Shown in pieces: positions 1-10,414 of a DNA stretch of 64,000 bases (position 1 is its first letter; the number at the start of each line of letters is the position of its first letter). Made by a program: the position numbers and the translations under genes. Under the pieces are notes generated by a model. It searched no databases. It saw only the letters and a program-made list of their open reading frames with translations, and was not told the origin of the DNA. Source of the DNA: a bacterium. GTDB lineage: Bacteria; Patescibacteriota; Patescibacteriia; S139-126. The stretch covers positions 44,753 through 108,752 of the forward strand of contig DAOUWZ010000001.1 in NCBI GenBank assembly GCA_030666865.1. The letters are read 5' to 3'.

Positions 1-83
1 TGGAGTCTGTTATCAAGCTCAAAGTTCCCTTAATTGTAGATGTAAAAGTGGGTAATAATTGGTTGGAAATGACAAGAGTTTAA
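1..83 (+). CDS. polA: DNA polymerase I, C-terminal end (partial)
   Basis: Hand translation ESVIKLKVPLIVDVKVGNNWLEMTRV* matches the Pol I terminal LxVPLxVDxxxGxNW motif. Confidence 0.85.
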   Translation, partial: ESVIKLKVPLIVDVKVGNNWLEMTRV

Positions 84-98
84 ATTTAATACATTATT

Positions 99-135
99 CT
101 CCCCCTCTAAAAATAAGATGGGGGCTGGGGGAGTT
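99..135. repeat. Degenerate CCCCTCT-type palindromic repeat
   Basis: ctccccctct...gggggctgggggag; related to 19323-19340 and 23551-23600. Confidence 0.45.
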
Positions 136-258
136 ATGGAATGAAAGATAAAAATACTTATTTAATTACGTAATTCTTTTTCTTCCCTAAAATAAATAAA
201 AAACCCCGGTTAAGTGTCCGGGGAATATTTAGAAGACAAAAAGGCGTGCTACATTAGA

Positions 259-984
259 TTATTTAGCTAAAGAATAACATAATGAAGCTTTCTTTAGAAA
301 AAAACCATCTTTATTCTGCCTCAAAAAAAATGCTGTACCAGGAAATGGCAAAACGGAATTCATTATTTTATACTTTTCCCGCAAATATTTTATTGCTAAT
401 TTTTCATAACAGATAAAATGGATTTGTAATTTACCACTAGTAACTCGCTCAACTATTTCTGGTCGTGACATAAAGGGCTCAATAAAACGATTTTCTGTTA
501 TCACTATCAAATAATATAATGACTCAATATCCGATAATCGGTCAGTTAAAACCAGTCCAAAATGAACAACATCACGCAACTTATTTATTCTAATAGTAGC
601 AATATTTAAAAGACCAATACCTTGTCTTTCCAATATAACTGATCTCTCTTTGCTCAAACCCAAAGGCTTGCGAGTATAAAAAAATGGTATTCTCACTGTT
701 TCTGCTGTCTCTACTGGAGCTACTGACGGTTCATTTTGTCGATATTTACTATCTTTCTCGATCTGTTCAGCTACTTTCTGGACTGTTTCTTCTACCCACT
801 CTTGATTTCTCCTCTGGAATCTACTAATAGACCAAGCGAAAAAAAAGAATATGCCGACAATTAGAAATATCACTGTTACTACTGCCAATCGGTGAGACAA
901 CTCACCATGTAGAAGTAAACTATAGAACCAAGCAATTGGCTGGGCTAATAAATCAACATATTCGGACAAAAAATTATTTGGCAT
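259..984 (-). CDS. Hypothetical membrane-anchored protein
   Basis: 241-aa ORF, N-terminal hydrophobic segment, SD-like GGGGGTGT upstream. Confidence 0.7.
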   Translation of the reverse strand: MPNNFLSEYVDLLAQPIAWFYSLLLHGELSHRLAVVTVIFLIVGIFFFFAWSISRFQRRNQEWVEETVQKVAEQIEKDSKYRQNEPSVAPVETAETVRIPFFYTRKPLGLSKERSVILERQGIGLLNIATIRINKLRDVVHFGLVLTDRLSDIESLYYLIVITENRFIEPFMSRPEIVERVTSGKLQIHFICYEKLAIKYLREKYKIMNSVLPFPGTAFFLRQNKDGFFLKKASLCYSLAK

Positions 985-1172
985 TATACACCCCCTGTTG
1001 TGATTATTAATTTTATTTATTTTAAATAACGGATTTCATTAGAATAACAAAAATGATAAATATGTCAATAACCTAAACTAGTATTTAGTATATTGTAGCT
1101 AGTGGTTAGTATATACCAAAATAATGATCCTATTCCCACGCTGACATATTTTTTTATCATTCTGCGCCACAC

Positions 1173-1235
1173 TGTCATTCCTGCGAAGGCAAAAATCCAG
1201 AAACAAAAAAGATTCCTGCCTTCGCAGGAATGACA
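1173..1235. repeat. TGTCATTCC...GGAATGACA composite palindrome (dRS3/RPE-like)
   Basis: tgtcattcctgcgaaggca and tgccttcgcaggaatgaca are inverted copies. Confidence 0.8.
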
Positions 1236-1276
1236 AAAAAAACAAATATTACTTTATTATTAAACCTTTAATCTTT

Positions 1277-1313
1277 AAAACATCCAACCGCTTATAAACG
1301 GTTGGATGTTTTT
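1277..1313 (-). terminator. Intrinsic terminator downstream of the gyrA operon
   Basis: aaaacatccaaccg-loop-cggttggatgtttt stem with A/T tails. Confidence 0.7.
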
Positions 1314-1330
1314 ATTGTAATACTAATTTT

Positions 1331-1646
1331 TTATCTCAACTCTTGCAATACTTTCTCTATACTTTCTTTATCTTTAATACCAAGTTCATCAAGTTTTTCT
1401 AACAATGTATTTAATTTATCTACAAACATTTGTTTAACTTCCGCTAAATTTATTTCTTCTTCATTTTGTACCTTAGTGCCTAAATCAATAAAATCAGACT
1501 CGTCATAAACATACATTAATCCTCTTCTAATTATTTACCAAGATTCTTGATCAAATAAATCTGCTTCTCTTATTTCAGTAAAAGTATCAATTTTATCATT
1601 AATAACTTTTATGGTTTCCTGTGGATTTTTTTCCTATCTTAATCAT
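1331..1646 (-). pseudogene. Possibly degraded small gene downstream of gyrA; 3' part is the 61-aa ORF 1331-1516
   Basis: ATG at 1646, apparent extra A in an A7 run, and an in-frame TAA 7 codons before the 61-aa ORF. Confidence 0.4.
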
Positions 1647-1663
1647 AAACTTATATTAATAAT

Positions 1664-4189
1664 TTAAACAAAAGTAACTTTAGCTACACTGTCCCCCTCA
1701 GTCTTGAATCTCATTACCCTCACACCTTGCGTGGCTCTACCCAAAACAGATACTGATTTCAATGGCAACCTAATAACCTGCCCTTTCTTGGACATTACAA
1801 TTATATCTTCTTGTTCCAATTTAGCACTGACGACAAATGCGGAAGTAGCACTACCGGTTTTGGTGGTTATATTAGCAGCTTTGACTCCGCTACCGCCCCT
1901 ACCTTGAACTTTAAATTCAGTAACTTTTGATCTTTTAGCATAACCATTTTTCATTACTACCAAGAGCTGTTCCTCTTTTCCTGGCTTGCCTTCAAAAATC
2001 AAATCCATGCCAATTACACTATCTCCTTTTTTGAGTCTAATTCCTCTTACTCCTGACGCTGATCTCCCCATTGCTCTAATGCCCGCTTCTTTGAAACGAA
2101 TAGCTTGACCATTCTCTGAAACCAACATAATATCATCCCTGCTAGTTGAAGGTCTGACCCAATCAAGCTGATCATCACCTTTTAATTTGATAGCAATCAA
2201 ACCTGACCGCCTGACATTATCAAACTGATCAAATTCAACCTTCTTAATAACACCATGCTTAGTAACCATGACTAAAAACTTATATTCATTTTTGACTTCC
2301 GAGAGCGGTAAAATTGATGATATTTTTTCTTCAGGCGCTAGTTGCAAAAAATTAACAATTGCCTGACCCTTGCTGGTTCTGGAACCACCGGGCACCTCGT
2401 AAGCCTTGAGCTGAAATACGCGCCCTCTGGTAGTAAAAAATAAAAGATCAGCATGAGTGTTGGTGCTAAATAAATGTTCAACTACATCTTCTTCTTTGGT
2501 AGTTAGACCAATCACCCCTTTACCTCCCCGGCTTTGAGTTTTGAAAGTATCAGGCGACAACCGTTTGATGTACCCATCACGAGTTACAGTAACAACAGTA
2601 GCTTCATTTGGTATCAAATCCTCTTGAGAAAATTTATCAATCGCATGCGGTACAATTTGCGTCCGACGCCCATCACCATGCTTATCTTTAATCTCTTGCA
2701 ATTCATCTTTGATAATTTGTAAAATTTTTACTTTACTCTTCAATAATGCTGTTAACTCTTTAATCAATTTTAATTTTTCTTTCAATTCTTCTTCCACGCG
2801 CAAACGTTCCAAATTAGCTAGCTGCTGCAATTTCATTTCCAGAATCGCCAGCGCTTGCCGCTCAGACAGCTTGAATTTTTTGATCAAATTCAATTTAGCG
2901 TCAACTCTATCTTTTGATTTTTTGATAGTGGCAATAATTTTATCAATATCCTCAAGCGCCATTGCCAAGCCTTCTAAAATGTGCGCCCGATCTTTGGCCC
3001 TGTCAAGTTCATATTGTGTTCGCCTAGTAATAACTTCTTGACGATGCTTGATGTACTCTTCTAAAATATTTTTTAAAGTCAGAACTCTTGGCTGAATACC
3101 GTCTACTAAAGCTAATAAATTTACATGAAATGAAGTTTGTAAATCAGAAAATTTATATAATTGATTTAAAATCTTTTTTGGATAAGCGTCTTTTTTCAAT
3201 TCTATTACTATTCGTATTCCATCTTTATCTGATTCATCGCGCAAATCTCTAATGCCTTCTATTTTTTTATCACGCACTAGTCCGGCAATTTTTTCAATCA
3301 AACTAGATTTATTTACTTGATACGGGAGTTCGGTGGTTATTATTTGAAATTGACCTTTTTTATCTTCAACAATCTCTACTTTTGCTCTCATAACAATACC
3401 TCCTTTACCAGTAGCATAAGCTGTTTTGATATCGTCAACGTTAAAAATGATTCCTCCAGTTGGAAAATCAGGCCCTTTGATAAATTGCATTAAATCATCA
3501 AGACTTGAATCCGGCTTGTCTATTAAAGCAAAAATTCCATCAATAATCTCAGTTAAATTATGCGGCGGAATTGAAGTTGCCATGCCAACAGCAATACCAA
3601 CTGCACCATTAAGCAATAAATTCGGTAATTTCGCTGGCAACACCAATGGTTCTTTTTGAGAACCATCATAATTTGGAACAAAATCAACTGTATTTTTATC
3701 AAGATCATACAGTAATTCTTCAGAAATCGCCCTCAATTTAGCTTCAGTATAACGCATGGCAGCAGGACGATCACCGTCAACTGAACCAAAATTACCCTGT
3801 CCATTAACCAATTGATAACGCATAGCAAAATCTTGAGCCATTCTCGCCATACTATCATAAACCGCAGTATCACCATGCGGATGATATTTACCAAGCACTT
3901 CTCCAACTACAGTGGCTGATTTTCTGAATTTAGCTCCTGATTTTAATCCGATATTCCACATTGCGTACAAAATCCTACGATGTACTGGCTTAAGGCCATC
4001 TCTAACATCAGGCAAAGCTCTTGCCACAATAACGCTCATTGCATAATCAAGATATGATTGTTCCATTTCCTCAACCAAGGATTTCTCTATTACTCGGTTA
4101 CCTAGTAAAACTTTATCTGCTTCTATTTCAGCTGGCTTGCCTTTTGTCGGTTTACCTTTCGCTGACTCATCTTTCTTTTTCTTTGGCAT
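1664..4189 (-). CDS. gyrA: DNA gyrase subunit A
   Basis: YHPHGD, AAMRYTE catalytic Tyr, GyrA-box QSRGGKG. Confidence 0.98.
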   Translation of the reverse strand: MPKKKKDESAKGKPTKGKPAEIEADKVLLGNRVIEKSLVEEMEQSYLDYAMSVIVARALPDVRDGLKPVHRRILYAMWNIGLKSGAKFRKSATVVGEVLGKYHPHGDTAVYDSMARMAQDFAMRYQLVNGQGNFGSVDGDRPAAMRYTEAKLRAISEELLYDLDKNTVDFVPNYDGSQKEPLVLPAKLPNLLLNGAVGIAVGMATSIPPHNLTEIIDGIFALIDKPDSSLDDLMQFIKGPDFPTGGIIFNVDDIKTAYATGKGGIVMRAKVEIVEDKKGQFQIITTELPYQVNKSSLIEKIAGLVRDKKIEGIRDLRDESDKDGIRIVIELKKDAYPKKILNQLYKFSDLQTSFHVNLLALVDGIQPRVLTLKNILEEYIKHRQEVITRRTQYELDRAKDRAHILEGLAMALEDIDKIIATIKKSKDRVDAKLNLIKKFKLSERQALAILEMKLQQLANLERLRVEEELKEKLKLIKELTALLKSKVKILQIIKDELQEIKDKHGDGRRTQIVPHAIDKFSQEDLIPNEATVVTVTRDGYIKRLSPDTFKTQSRGGKGVIGLTTKEEDVVEHLFSTNTHADLLFFTTRGRVFQLKAYEVPGGSRTSKGQAIVNFLQLAPEEKISSILPLSEVKNEYKFLVMVTKHGVIKKVEFDQFDNVRRSGLIAIKLKGDDQLDWVRPSTSRDDIMLVSENGQAIRFKEAGIRAMGRSASGVRGIRLKKGDSVIGMDLIFEGKPGKEEQLLVVMKNGYAKRSKVTEFKVQGRGGSGVKAANITTKTGSATSAFVVSAKLEQEDIIVMSKKGQVIRLPLKSVSVLGRATQGVRVMRFKTEGDSVAKVTFV

Positions 4190-4210
4190 ATTATAAATAA
4201 TTACATTTAA

Positions 4211-4615
4211 TTATAACTCTTCTGAAGTTGTTGTTGCGATATCTGAATTTTTAATCTCTTCTGACTGCTGTTTTATTTTTTCTTTAATATCATCAATTAT
4301 CTTTTGCTCTGTTTTGGTTGTTTCTTCCACTACCTGCGCCTTATCAATTTCTTGTTTTGATTTTGTTTTAAATTCAAAAATATCAGAACCTATTTCATTA
4401 CTGACCTCTTGCAAGCCTTTTATCAATGTATTGCTTTCTTTCCTATGACCACTCCAAGAATCACTATTTATTATCCAAAAAACCCACCCAATTAACACCA
4501 ATAAAATAACGACTCCTACTAAATATTTCAATAATTTTTCTTTTTTATGTCTGTGTTGGCTAGTTTTTAAACTTTCGTTTATAATTTTTTCAATTTTTCT
4601 TACTTTCCTTGTCAT
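4211..4615 (-). CDS. Hypothetical single-TM protein
   Basis: 134-aa ORF in operon context, one TM helix. Confidence 0.7.
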   Translation of the reverse strand: MTRKVRKIEKIINESLKTSQHRHKKEKLLKYLVGVVILLVLIGWVFWIINSDSWSGHRKESNTLIKGLQEVSNEIGSDIFEFKTKSKQEIDKAQVVEETTKTEQKIIDDIKEKIKQQSEEIKNSDIATTTSEEL

Positions 4616-4640
4616 AACAAAATTAATTACGCAACAAACT

Positions 4641-5315
4641 TTATGGCTGCAGGATTATTAACCTACTTTCATCCTGAGGTAGGTCACGAGCAGTAATTCT
4701 AACCTTATCAGTATTCTCAACTTTGGATGTACCCAATTCTTTAACAAATAAATCTGCTGCATCAAGCGGCAACTTACTACCAGGAAATTTATAATATATT
4801 GGAATTATTATTCTTGGCTCAATCGCTTGAACCAAATGAGCAGCCTGCTTCGCGTTTAAACTGTCATGCCCGCCGATCGGAACAAAAAGAACATCAGCGT
4901 TCTCTATCTGCTCTAATTGACTGTCAGTTAAATCTTTTTGACTCATCTGACCCAAATGCACAATATTCATATCCTCAACTTCAATAGAATAAATTATTTT
5001 ACCAGTAGGAATGTCGCCGCCATCATACTCAGAAATACCGTAAACAAATATTTGTTTTGATTCGTACTCACCTGGACTGTCAATCAAAAAACAACTTTCA
5101 GAAAGTTTCAAATTTTTATCCAATTTACCACTGGTCATCAAAACCATGTCAGCGTCCATTTTTGGCTGCCTCAAACCAATCGTCTTAACAACAAATGGAT
5201 CTATAAGTAAATTTGAATCACCATTTTGAGGTGACTTTGTCTGCATTTTTATAAATGTTTGTCCGTACCATTGAATATACATATTTACTTGGTTAATACG
5301 TAGAAATATTACCAT
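4641..5315 (-). CDS. MBL-fold protein (Lactamase_B_3-like); likely start ATG at 5282
   Basis: IQWYGQ, LLIDPF, PGEYE, VHLG, DVLFVPIGG, PRIIIPI; canonical metal-binding His residues look degenerate. Confidence 0.8.
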   Translation of the reverse strand: MVIFLRINQVNMYIQWYGQTFIKMQTKSPQNGDSNLLIDPFVVKTIGLRQPKMDADMVLMTSGKLDKNLKLSESCFLIDSPGEYESKQIFVYGISEYDGGDIPTGKIIYSIEVEDMNIVHLGQMSQKDLTDSQLEQIENADVLFVPIGGHDSLNAKQAAHLVQAIEPRIIIPIYYKFPGSKLPLDAADLFVKELGTSKVENTDKVRITARDLPQDESRLIILQP

Positions 5316-5352
5316 TTTTAGTTGAAAAAATCAACTGTTTATTATAAAATTC

Positions 5353-5994
5353 TTAAATCTGCAGAGTAGGTAAATTCTTTGATTTTTTTTTAACATCTCT
5401 CAAATTAGTTGCCTTTGATTTGTTATTTTCTTTAACTTGATTATCAGTCTCTACTTTTTTGTTGATATCATGCACTGTAGCGGATTTGTTATTTTCTACA
5501 TTTTGCCAAGCTGTCTTTTCAGGATTAATAAAACTATTTCTCATAGAATTCACTCTTCTGTCTTTCGCTGAGATACCGCTTTTTACTGATGTGTGCCTAG
5601 CTGGTCTTTTATCCTCTTTGGTTTCTTTGCCTGTTAATTTCCTTACCATATCTTCAGCTCTTTTAGACTTGTCCTCTTTTATTCGCGATTTTTTAATTCT
5701 TTCTTTTCTTAATTCGTCTTGATAAGAGTCATATTCCATTTGTTTTTCCTTTAAATAACCCTCCCACCTTGAACTCGCTCCTGAGCCACTTTCAGCAATC
5801 GCTTGCTTAAATTGTCCTTCAGTCATGGTTTTACCAGAAATCAACAATTTATTATTACCAGCTTGTTTTTTAAATTTGACTATATCGCGAGTAGTCATCT
5901 TCATATGATTTTTCAAAAAATCCTCTTGTTGAGCATGATTCAATCTAAGCTTATTTAATTTGTAAACTGGTTTTTTGCCAGATAAAAATCCCAT
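5353..5994 (-). CDS. Hypothetical Lys-rich protein
   Basis: 213-aa ORF, no recognised motif. Confidence 0.65.
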   Translation of the reverse strand: MGFLSGKKPVYKLNKLRLNHAQQEDFLKNHMKMTTRDIVKFKKQAGNNKLLISGKTMTEGQFKQAIAESGSGASSRWEGYLKEKQMEYDSYQDELRKERIKKSRIKEDKSKRAEDMVRKLTGKETKEDKRPARHTSVKSGISAKDRRVNSMRNSFINPEKTAWQNVENNKSATVHDINKKVETDNQVKENNKSKATNLRDVKKKSKNLPTLQI

Positions 5995-6118
5995 GATTTA
6001 TTACGTTAGTATTTAATAGTAAATGCTTACATATAGTATACCTAAATTATAAAATAAGGTCATATTTTACTAACTAACTAGGTTTACAAACCTGCTATTT
6101 TGTTAATTTCTCAAACTC

Positions 6119-6147
6119 TTGCCAAAATTAAGATTTTATAATATACT
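6119..6147 (+). promoter_or_regulatory. Sigma70-type promoter for rpsA
   Basis: TTGCCA-17 nt-TATACT. Confidence 0.6.
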
Positions 6148-6175
6148 AGGCAAAGTCATCTGCTACCTAATCTAA

Positions 6176-6191
6176 CCTGCTGGCAGACAGG
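6176..6191. repeat. CCTGCC-family palindrome (degenerate) in the rpsA leader
   Basis: cctgctggcagacagg. Confidence 0.5.
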
Positions 6192-6228
6192 ACTATCTTT
6201 CAATAAGATGGTTATATCTAATAATTAA

Positions 6229-7461
6229 ATGGCAAAACAAAAAACTGTTTCTGATGAAGAAAGTAAATTAAAAAAACCAAAAATGGAGGATTTACTGGAT
6301 CAGCTAAAAAATCAAAAATTTCCAAAGGTTGGCGAACTAATAGAAAGTACTGTAATCAATGTTGGTAAAAATGAAGTAATTCTTGATATCAATGGAATTA
6401 CTACCGGCATGGTCAGAGGTAAAGAACTTGAAGATGAATCAGGAGAATATTCTGATCTAAAAGTTGAGGACAAGGTCAGCGCTACTGTTCTAGAATTGGA
6501 AAATGAAAAAGGATTAATAGAACTTTCTTTCAGACATGCTGGACATCAAAAAGCTTGGGAAAACCTTGAAAAAACACTTCAAGAAGAAACTATTGTAAAA
6601 ACTAAAATTATTGACGCCAATAAAGGCGGTCTGATGTGTAAAGTTGGTGGAGTAATTGGATTTATGCCGGTTTCACAACTTACTACTGAACATTATCCAA
6701 GAGTTGAAGGTGGAGATAAAAATCGTATCCTTGATATTTTAAAAAGTTATACTGGCAGTGAATTTGATGCCAAAATTATTGATGTGGATGAAAAAGAGAA
6801 TAAATTAATTGTTTCTGAAAGAGCTGCTTGGGAAGAAAAGCAACATGAAACTATCAGTAAATATAAAGTGGGACAAGTCGTTAAAGGAAAAATTACCGGT
6901 GTGGTTGATTTTGGCGCTTTTATAGAATTTGACGATAATATGGAAGGACTTGTTCATATCTCCGAAATAGCTTGGCAGCGTATTGATAATCCTCGTGATT
7001 ATGTAAAAGTTGGCGATGAAGTGGAAGGTAAAATTATTGAAATTGAAAAATCAAAAATTTCACTCTCTATTAAAGCTCTCCTTAAAGATCCTTGGAAAGA
7101 AGTGGTTGCCAAATACAAAATTGGCGACAAAGTAAAAGGTAAAGTTTTGAAAACCAATAATTTTGGCGCTTTTGTTGAGCTAGATAAAGATATTCATGGA
7201 CTAGCTCATATTAGCGAGCTGTCAGAATACCCAATCAAAACTGCCAGCGAAGTTGTTCAGATTGGCGAGACTTATGAATTCCAAATTGTATCAATAGAAC
7301 CAAATGAACATCGCCTCGGTCTTTCTATCAAAGCCATGAAAAGAAAAAAGAAACCAACAGTAGAAAAAAAATCTGAAGCAAAAAAGCAAACAACTAAAAA
7401 AAAGAAAGGGGACGATAAAACAGTGGAAAAAAAGGAAAAAGAAAAAAATAATCAGCAATAA
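6229..7461 (+). CDS. rpsA: 30S ribosomal protein S1 (four S1 domains)
   Basis: Repeated S1 motifs FGAFIE..EGLVHISE and FGAFVE..GLAHISE. Confidence 0.93.
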   Translation: MAKQKTVSDEESKLKKPKMEDLLDQLKNQKFPKVGELIESTVINVGKNEVILDINGITTGMVRGKELEDESGEYSDLKVEDKVSATVLELENEKGLIELSFRHAGHQKAWENLEKTLQEETIVKTKIIDANKGGLMCKVGGVIGFMPVSQLTTEHYPRVEGGDKNRILDILKSYTGSEFDAKIIDVDEKENKLIVSERAAWEEKQHETISKYKVGQVVKGKITGVVDFGAFIEFDDNMEGLVHISEIAWQRIDNPRDYVKVGDEVEGKIIEIEKSKISLSIKALLKDPWKEVVAKYKIGDKVKGKVLKTNNFGAFVELDKDIHGLAHISELSEYPIKTASEVVQIGETYEFQIVSIEPNEHRLGLSIKAMKRKKKPTVEKKSEAKKQTTKKKKGDDKTVEKKEKEKNNQQ

Positions 7462-7482
7462 CAGGTCACGACCTGTCACTAC
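7455..7482 (-). repeat. GTAG-type REP overlapping the rpsA stop codon
   Basis: Minus strand gtagtgacaggtcgtgacctgttattgc. Confidence 0.65.
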
Positions 7483-7497
7483 AAAATAATATAAACT

Positions 7498-7545
7498 TAC
7501 ATAATTAAAATGAATCCCATGAACGGGATTCGTTTTAATTATGTA
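7498..7545. terminator. Bidirectional terminator between convergent genes
   Basis: tacataattaaaatgaatccc / gggattcgttttaattatgta long inverted repeat. Confidence 0.7.
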
Positions 7546-7566
7546 GCTATTCTATCAAAATAACAA

Positions 7567-8808
7567 TCAATAACTCTTACTGATTTCAATATCCTGATAA
7601 AAATAATCAACAATATCCCTATACGAAGCACCGTCTTGAGCCATAATCATAGCACCAATTGCTGACAAACCAACTCCGTGACCAAGCTGAGAAAAACCTT
7701 GTTCTTGCGGAACTGAAACAGGTTTAACATAAGGATATGGCTCGCCATACCAAACTTCAGCCCAACTTTTAGTTTGACCATTAGATCTAGCAAAATAAGG
7801 AGTTACCGCAACTTCACCTTGATAAGTTACGACCTCGCCAAAAGTATCTTCTACTGCTTTGACCAAAAAAGGATGTCTGTCCTCATTACTATACCCTCGA
7901 TAAACTTGATCCCAATAGGCATCAATATGAAAATATTCACTATCGTGCTTGTAATTATCATTCATATGATAATAAGCATATGACCTGCCCACCACGGTCA
8001 TTACTTTTAAATATTCAAAATTATCACTAGCTCTGGTTTCACTCAAACCTTTCAAATAATCCTCAAGCGGTAATTCGTTTATCATCCAGATTCTGCCAGT
8101 ATATTCAGAATAATTCAATTCCAAACTACCACGAAAAGTATTATCTGATAATGAACGATTCCATTTTGGCGGATTTTGATATGATTCAATTTTTAAAATT
8201 GAGTCATTTTCACCTACAATTTTATATGGCTCTAGGGAACTGTCTTGTATGTTTTGACTACTAATATTATAAGTCTTGTTTACCTTATTAAACCAAATAA
8301 CTACTGGGATTTCACCTTGACTGGTTATCAAAACACTGCCATTAAAATTCAATACTTGATATGAACCAGTAGACGTAATTTTATGCTGCCGGGTAGTATA
8401 AAACAATCCAATTCTAATCAAAGGCGATATCAACAAAGAGCTATCTGTTTTATTTGGTAACACCTCCTGCAAAGCCGCTTCAGCATATTTCAAATTGAAT
8501 GGATTTATATCTGAAATAATTTCTGACCACTCTTTATCAACTTTTTTATTGTCAATAATTTCTAAATCAACTTCATTAATCGCTAAATTTTTTTCCAATC
8601 GCTTTTCTTGATAGCTAATTAATGATTTATATTCCCCATTTATATTTTTTTCAACTGAAATATAAACTATTGAACATGATAATAAAATAGAAACAAAAAT
8701 AAAAAAAGTCATACCTATATCAGAATACGACAAACCTTTGTTTATATGTTTATTTGTTTTATTGCGAAAATATAATATTTTTTTACTAAAATCAACTATA
8801 TTTTTCAT
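7567..8808 (-). CDS. SpoIID/LytB-domain lytic transglycosylase
   Basis: INELPLEDYLKG, QVYRG, GHGVGLS motifs. Confidence 0.9.
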   Translation of the reverse strand: MKNIVDFSKKILYFRNKTNKHINKGLSYSDIGMTFFIFVSILLSCSIVYISVEKNINGEYKSLISYQEKRLEKNLAINEVDLEIIDNKKVDKEWSEIISDINPFNLKYAEAALQEVLPNKTDSSLLISPLIRIGLFYTTRQHKITSTGSYQVLNFNGSVLITSQGEIPVVIWFNKVNKTYNISSQNIQDSSLEPYKIVGENDSILKIESYQNPPKWNRSLSDNTFRGSLELNYSEYTGRIWMINELPLEDYLKGLSETRASDNFEYLKVMTVVGRSYAYYHMNDNYKHDSEYFHIDAYWDQVYRGYSNEDRHPFLVKAVEDTFGEVVTYQGEVAVTPYFARSNGQTKSWAEVWYGEPYPYVKPVSVPQEQGFSQLGHGVGLSAIGAMIMAQDGASYRDIVDYFYQDIEISKSY

Positions 8809-8888
8809 TTTTTTATTTTTGTTTCTATTTTTATTTTTTAGCTAATATTAGCTAAGCTCTAACTACATTCTATCATATTTTTTTTGTT

Positions 8889-10367
8889 TTGTCAATTCAA
8901 AATAAAAAAGGTAAAATTAATAAGCCTACTATAAAAAAATTTATGGAAACAAAAAAAATAGCAAAAAACACAATTTGGCATTTTAGCGCAAAATCATTTG
9001 GGCTCTTGATTGGAATAGTCACTATTGCTATTGTTACCCGTTACTTAGGTAGAGAAGGTTTTGGTCAATATGCCACTGCATTAGCCTGGCTGCAATTTTT
9101 CGGTATTTTTGTCGACTTTGGTCTTTATATGATCATGTTATCTGAACTAGGGCGGGCGGGCAGCCATGAACAAGAAAGTAAAATTGTAAGTAATATTCTC
9201 TCCTTAAGGATAATCTCGGCTATAATAATTTTAGGAATCAGTATCTTTGTAAGCTGGCTGATGCCTTATGACCATATTATTAAAATGAGTATAATAATTT
9301 TGGTCTGGTCTTTCTTCTTTCAGTTAATTAATCAAATATTGGCTGCTCTTTTTCAAAAAAAATTAATCATGCATATTGGCAGTCTGAATGAAATTATCGG
9401 TAAAGCCTTAGCATTAATACTAATTATCTTTATTATCCATAATAATTGGGGTTTACTCGCTATTGTTGCCGCGATCTCCATAGCTAATGCTATAAATACT
9501 ACTATTATGTGGTTGATAGCTAATAAATACGTAAAAATAAAACTTGATTTTGATTTCTCCTATTGGCGTTATATTGGCAAATTAGCATGGCCGCTCGCTA
9601 TTGCTACGATATTTAATTTATTTTATTTTAAAGCCGACACGATCATTTTATCAATATTTAGACCAATCCAAGAAACCGGTATATATGCCGCGCCTTACCG
9701 CATACTTGAAGTTCTTATTTCGATGCCGCCAATCTTTTTAGGATTAATATTGCCGCTACTAGCTAAGCAATGGAAAGAAAAAAATATTCCTGGTTTCAAA
9801 CTTACTATACAAAGAAGCCTAGATCTCTTTCACATTGCTATAATTCCTTTAATTATTATCTCATTATTATTAGCCGAACCAATTATGATCTTGGTGGCCG
9901 GAAATGAATTTGCTATATCAGCGCCAGTTCTCCGTTTATTAATCATAGCCACTGCTTTTATTTTTTATTCCCAAATATTTTCATTTGCAATCGTGGCGAT
10001 GGAAAAACAAAAACAAATTCTCAAATTTATAATTAGCGCTGCTATTATTGCCCTTATTTTATACTTTATATTTATTCCGATTTATTCTTACTATGCTGCT
10101 GCTATTATTACTATTCTAATTGAAGGTGTTATTATGCTAACCTTTATTTATATTACCCATAAACAAATAAAACAAAAATTTTCATTTAATATTTTCATTA
10201 AAGCTATTATTAGCTCCTTGCCGATGATTTGCTTTATTCTTATTTTTAACAATTTATCAATCATTCCCTTATTATTTATAGCGGTTATAATATATATAAT
10301 TAGTTTATTTCTTACCAAGGCGCTTAACTTTTCAGAAATTAAAAATTTACTACTAAATAAATCCTAA
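8889..10367 (+). CDS. Wzx-type polysaccharide flippase (likely start near 8943)
   Basis: TRYLGxEGFG, DFGL, GIYAAPYR, many TM helices. Confidence 0.88.
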   Translation: MSIQNKKGKINKPTIKKFMETKKIAKNTIWHFSAKSFGLLIGIVTIAIVTRYLGREGFGQYATALAWLQFFGIFVDFGLYMIMLSELGRAGSHEQESKIVSNILSLRIISAIIILGISIFVSWLMPYDHIIKMSIIILVWSFFFQLINQILAALFQKKLIMHIGSLNEIIGKALALILIIFIIHNNWGLLAIVAAISIANAINTTIMWLIANKYVKIKLDFDFSYWRYIGKLAWPLAIATIFNLFYFKADTIILSIFRPIQETGIYAAPYRILEVLISMPPIFLGLILPLLAKQWKEKNIPGFKLTIQRSLDLFHIAIIPLIIISLLLAEPIMILVAGNEFAISAPVLRLLIIATAFIFYSQIFSFAIVAMEKQKQILKFIISAAIIALILYFIFIPIYSYYAAAIITILIEGVIMLTFIYITHKQIKQKFSFNIFIKAIISSLPMICFILIFNNLSIIPLLFIAVIIYIISLFLTKALNFSEIKNLLLNKS

Positions 10368-10370
10368 GCA

Positions 10371-10401
10371 CCCGTCTCGATTCATCGTCAAGACGAGGCG
10401 G
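10371..10401. repeat. GC-rich palindromic repeat between wzx and ligase
   Basis: cccgtctcga...agacgaggcgg, a GC island in an AT-rich spacer. Confidence 0.5.
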
Positions 10402-10414
10402 ACGAAATACTAAT

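Noticed and set aside
1704-3659. Short antisense ORFs within gyrA, and similar ones inside nrdD, hppA, nusA, tsaD, vanW, PBP and dnaN
   Set aside because: Shadow ORFs opposite or overlapping well-supported genes, with no motifs
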